Positions 63,301-64,000 of a stretch of 64,000 bases of DNA are shown one piece after another. The stretch spans positions 66,347 through 130,346 of the forward strand of contig JAAOMT010000777.1 of the NCBI GenBank assembly GCA_016748015.1, written 5' to 3'. Each line of letters begins with the position of its first letter. Position 1 is the first letter of the stretch. Origin of the DNA: Geosiphon pyriformis uo1. Its lineage: Eukaryota > Fungi > Glomeromycota. Made by a program: the position numbers and the translations under genes. Under the pieces are notes generated by a model, which was given only the letters and a program-made list of their open reading frames with translations, made no database searches and had not been told where the DNA came from.

Positions 63301-64000
63301 ATATATGTTGCTGAAAAAGTGTTTTCTAAATATTAGTATAATAAATATGATTGTTCAAAAAACAAACAGTCTTCTAAGTTTTTAAATTGAAGCTGCTTAT
63401 TGTTAAAATTGTAAAGAGTTGAAATTCTAAAAATTTTTTAAATTTTAATTGTCTTGTTAAGGTTTGGTTGACTATTAATAGAATTAAGACTTTCAAGATT
63501 GCTAGCATGGTTTTAGATAATGCAAATTTAGTAGATTTGGTTAAGCATTTGTTAATGATGAAGAAAAAGTATTAAAGTATTATAAGTCAAAAACTGCTGA
63601 AAATACTACAATTAAGAAAGTTATTGATTATCATATGAAGAACTTCTGTTTTAACAAAGAGCTGATAATAAAAAGCATTCTAGAATGTCTATTTTATAAG
63701 ATTGTGTTAAATCACTTGGTAGTAGATGATGAATTGGTAGTTGAGCCTAATAAAGTAAAGCTCAAAGTTAATGAGATTATAAAAGAGTGGATAAAAAAGT
63801 AGTTGGTACTTCTGAAGATGCCTAATCTCTGGTCTCAACAATATATGTCTTAAGATTATGTAGATGATAATGTTTTTTCTAATGTAATAGAGGAAATTAA
63901 CATAGAAGAATTGTTTTTGGTAGTTGATAATTTGCCAAATGATAAAGCTGCTAAGTTGTTAGGAATACTTAATGAACTTTAAAAACATTATGGCAAAGAA
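60316..64000 (+). mobile_element. eroded LINE L-4 (ORF1 ~60440-62395, ORF2 62392->end), runs off the window
   Basis: DGFGGAFTPSKF, IQLIGLWQK; LAWKFAICNVQS, LGSDFN; LPNDKAA at the window end. Confidence 0.85.

Noticed and set aside
1-64000. Alternative genetic code explaining the many in-frame stops
   Set aside because: Most stops fall at different positions in sister copies and correspond to Q, R or W codons one transition away.

Overview
AT-rich eukaryotic DNA made almost entirely of nested, mutation-riddled retrotransposons. The protein style suggests an early-diverging fungus (Glomeromycota/Mucoromycota-like); this is an inference. (1) Ty3/gypsy-type LTR elements from two families: A (1-~5435, +, 5' part outside the window), B (10398-20244, -, complete with 4-bp TSD TCAT), C (47376-57181, -, sister of B, no TSD), deleted relic D (5436-6875) and eroded LTR fossils. 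A, B and C share an unusual layout: a gag-PR-Cys-rich-dUTPase-RT-RNaseH frame (gag to Cys-rich visible only in B and C) that STOPS right after RNase H, a short A/C-rich spacer, a SEPARATE integrase ORF, a second spacer, then a conserved ~210-225 aa non-env ORF3 ending at the PPT. (2) APE-RT-RNaseH LINEs: two full-length copies, one 3'-truncated, one running off the window and two 5' stubs. ORF1 and ORF2 overlap at an AUGA. (3) Three ORF1-only non-autonomous LINE partners (HAL1-like) carrying the LINE 3' UTR. (4) Extremely AT-rich tracts, some shown to be TE fossils eroded by C>T/G>A transitions in CpG and non-CpG contexts. (5) A small gap-flanked, un-eroded island holding a spliced coiled-coil gene fragment, and one Nextera/Tn5 adapter artefact. 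No TE ORF is intact; all architecture is reconstructed across stops by comparing copies. The best candidate for a new system is the tricistronic dUTPase-bearing LTR retrotransposon with a stand-alone integrase and ORF3.
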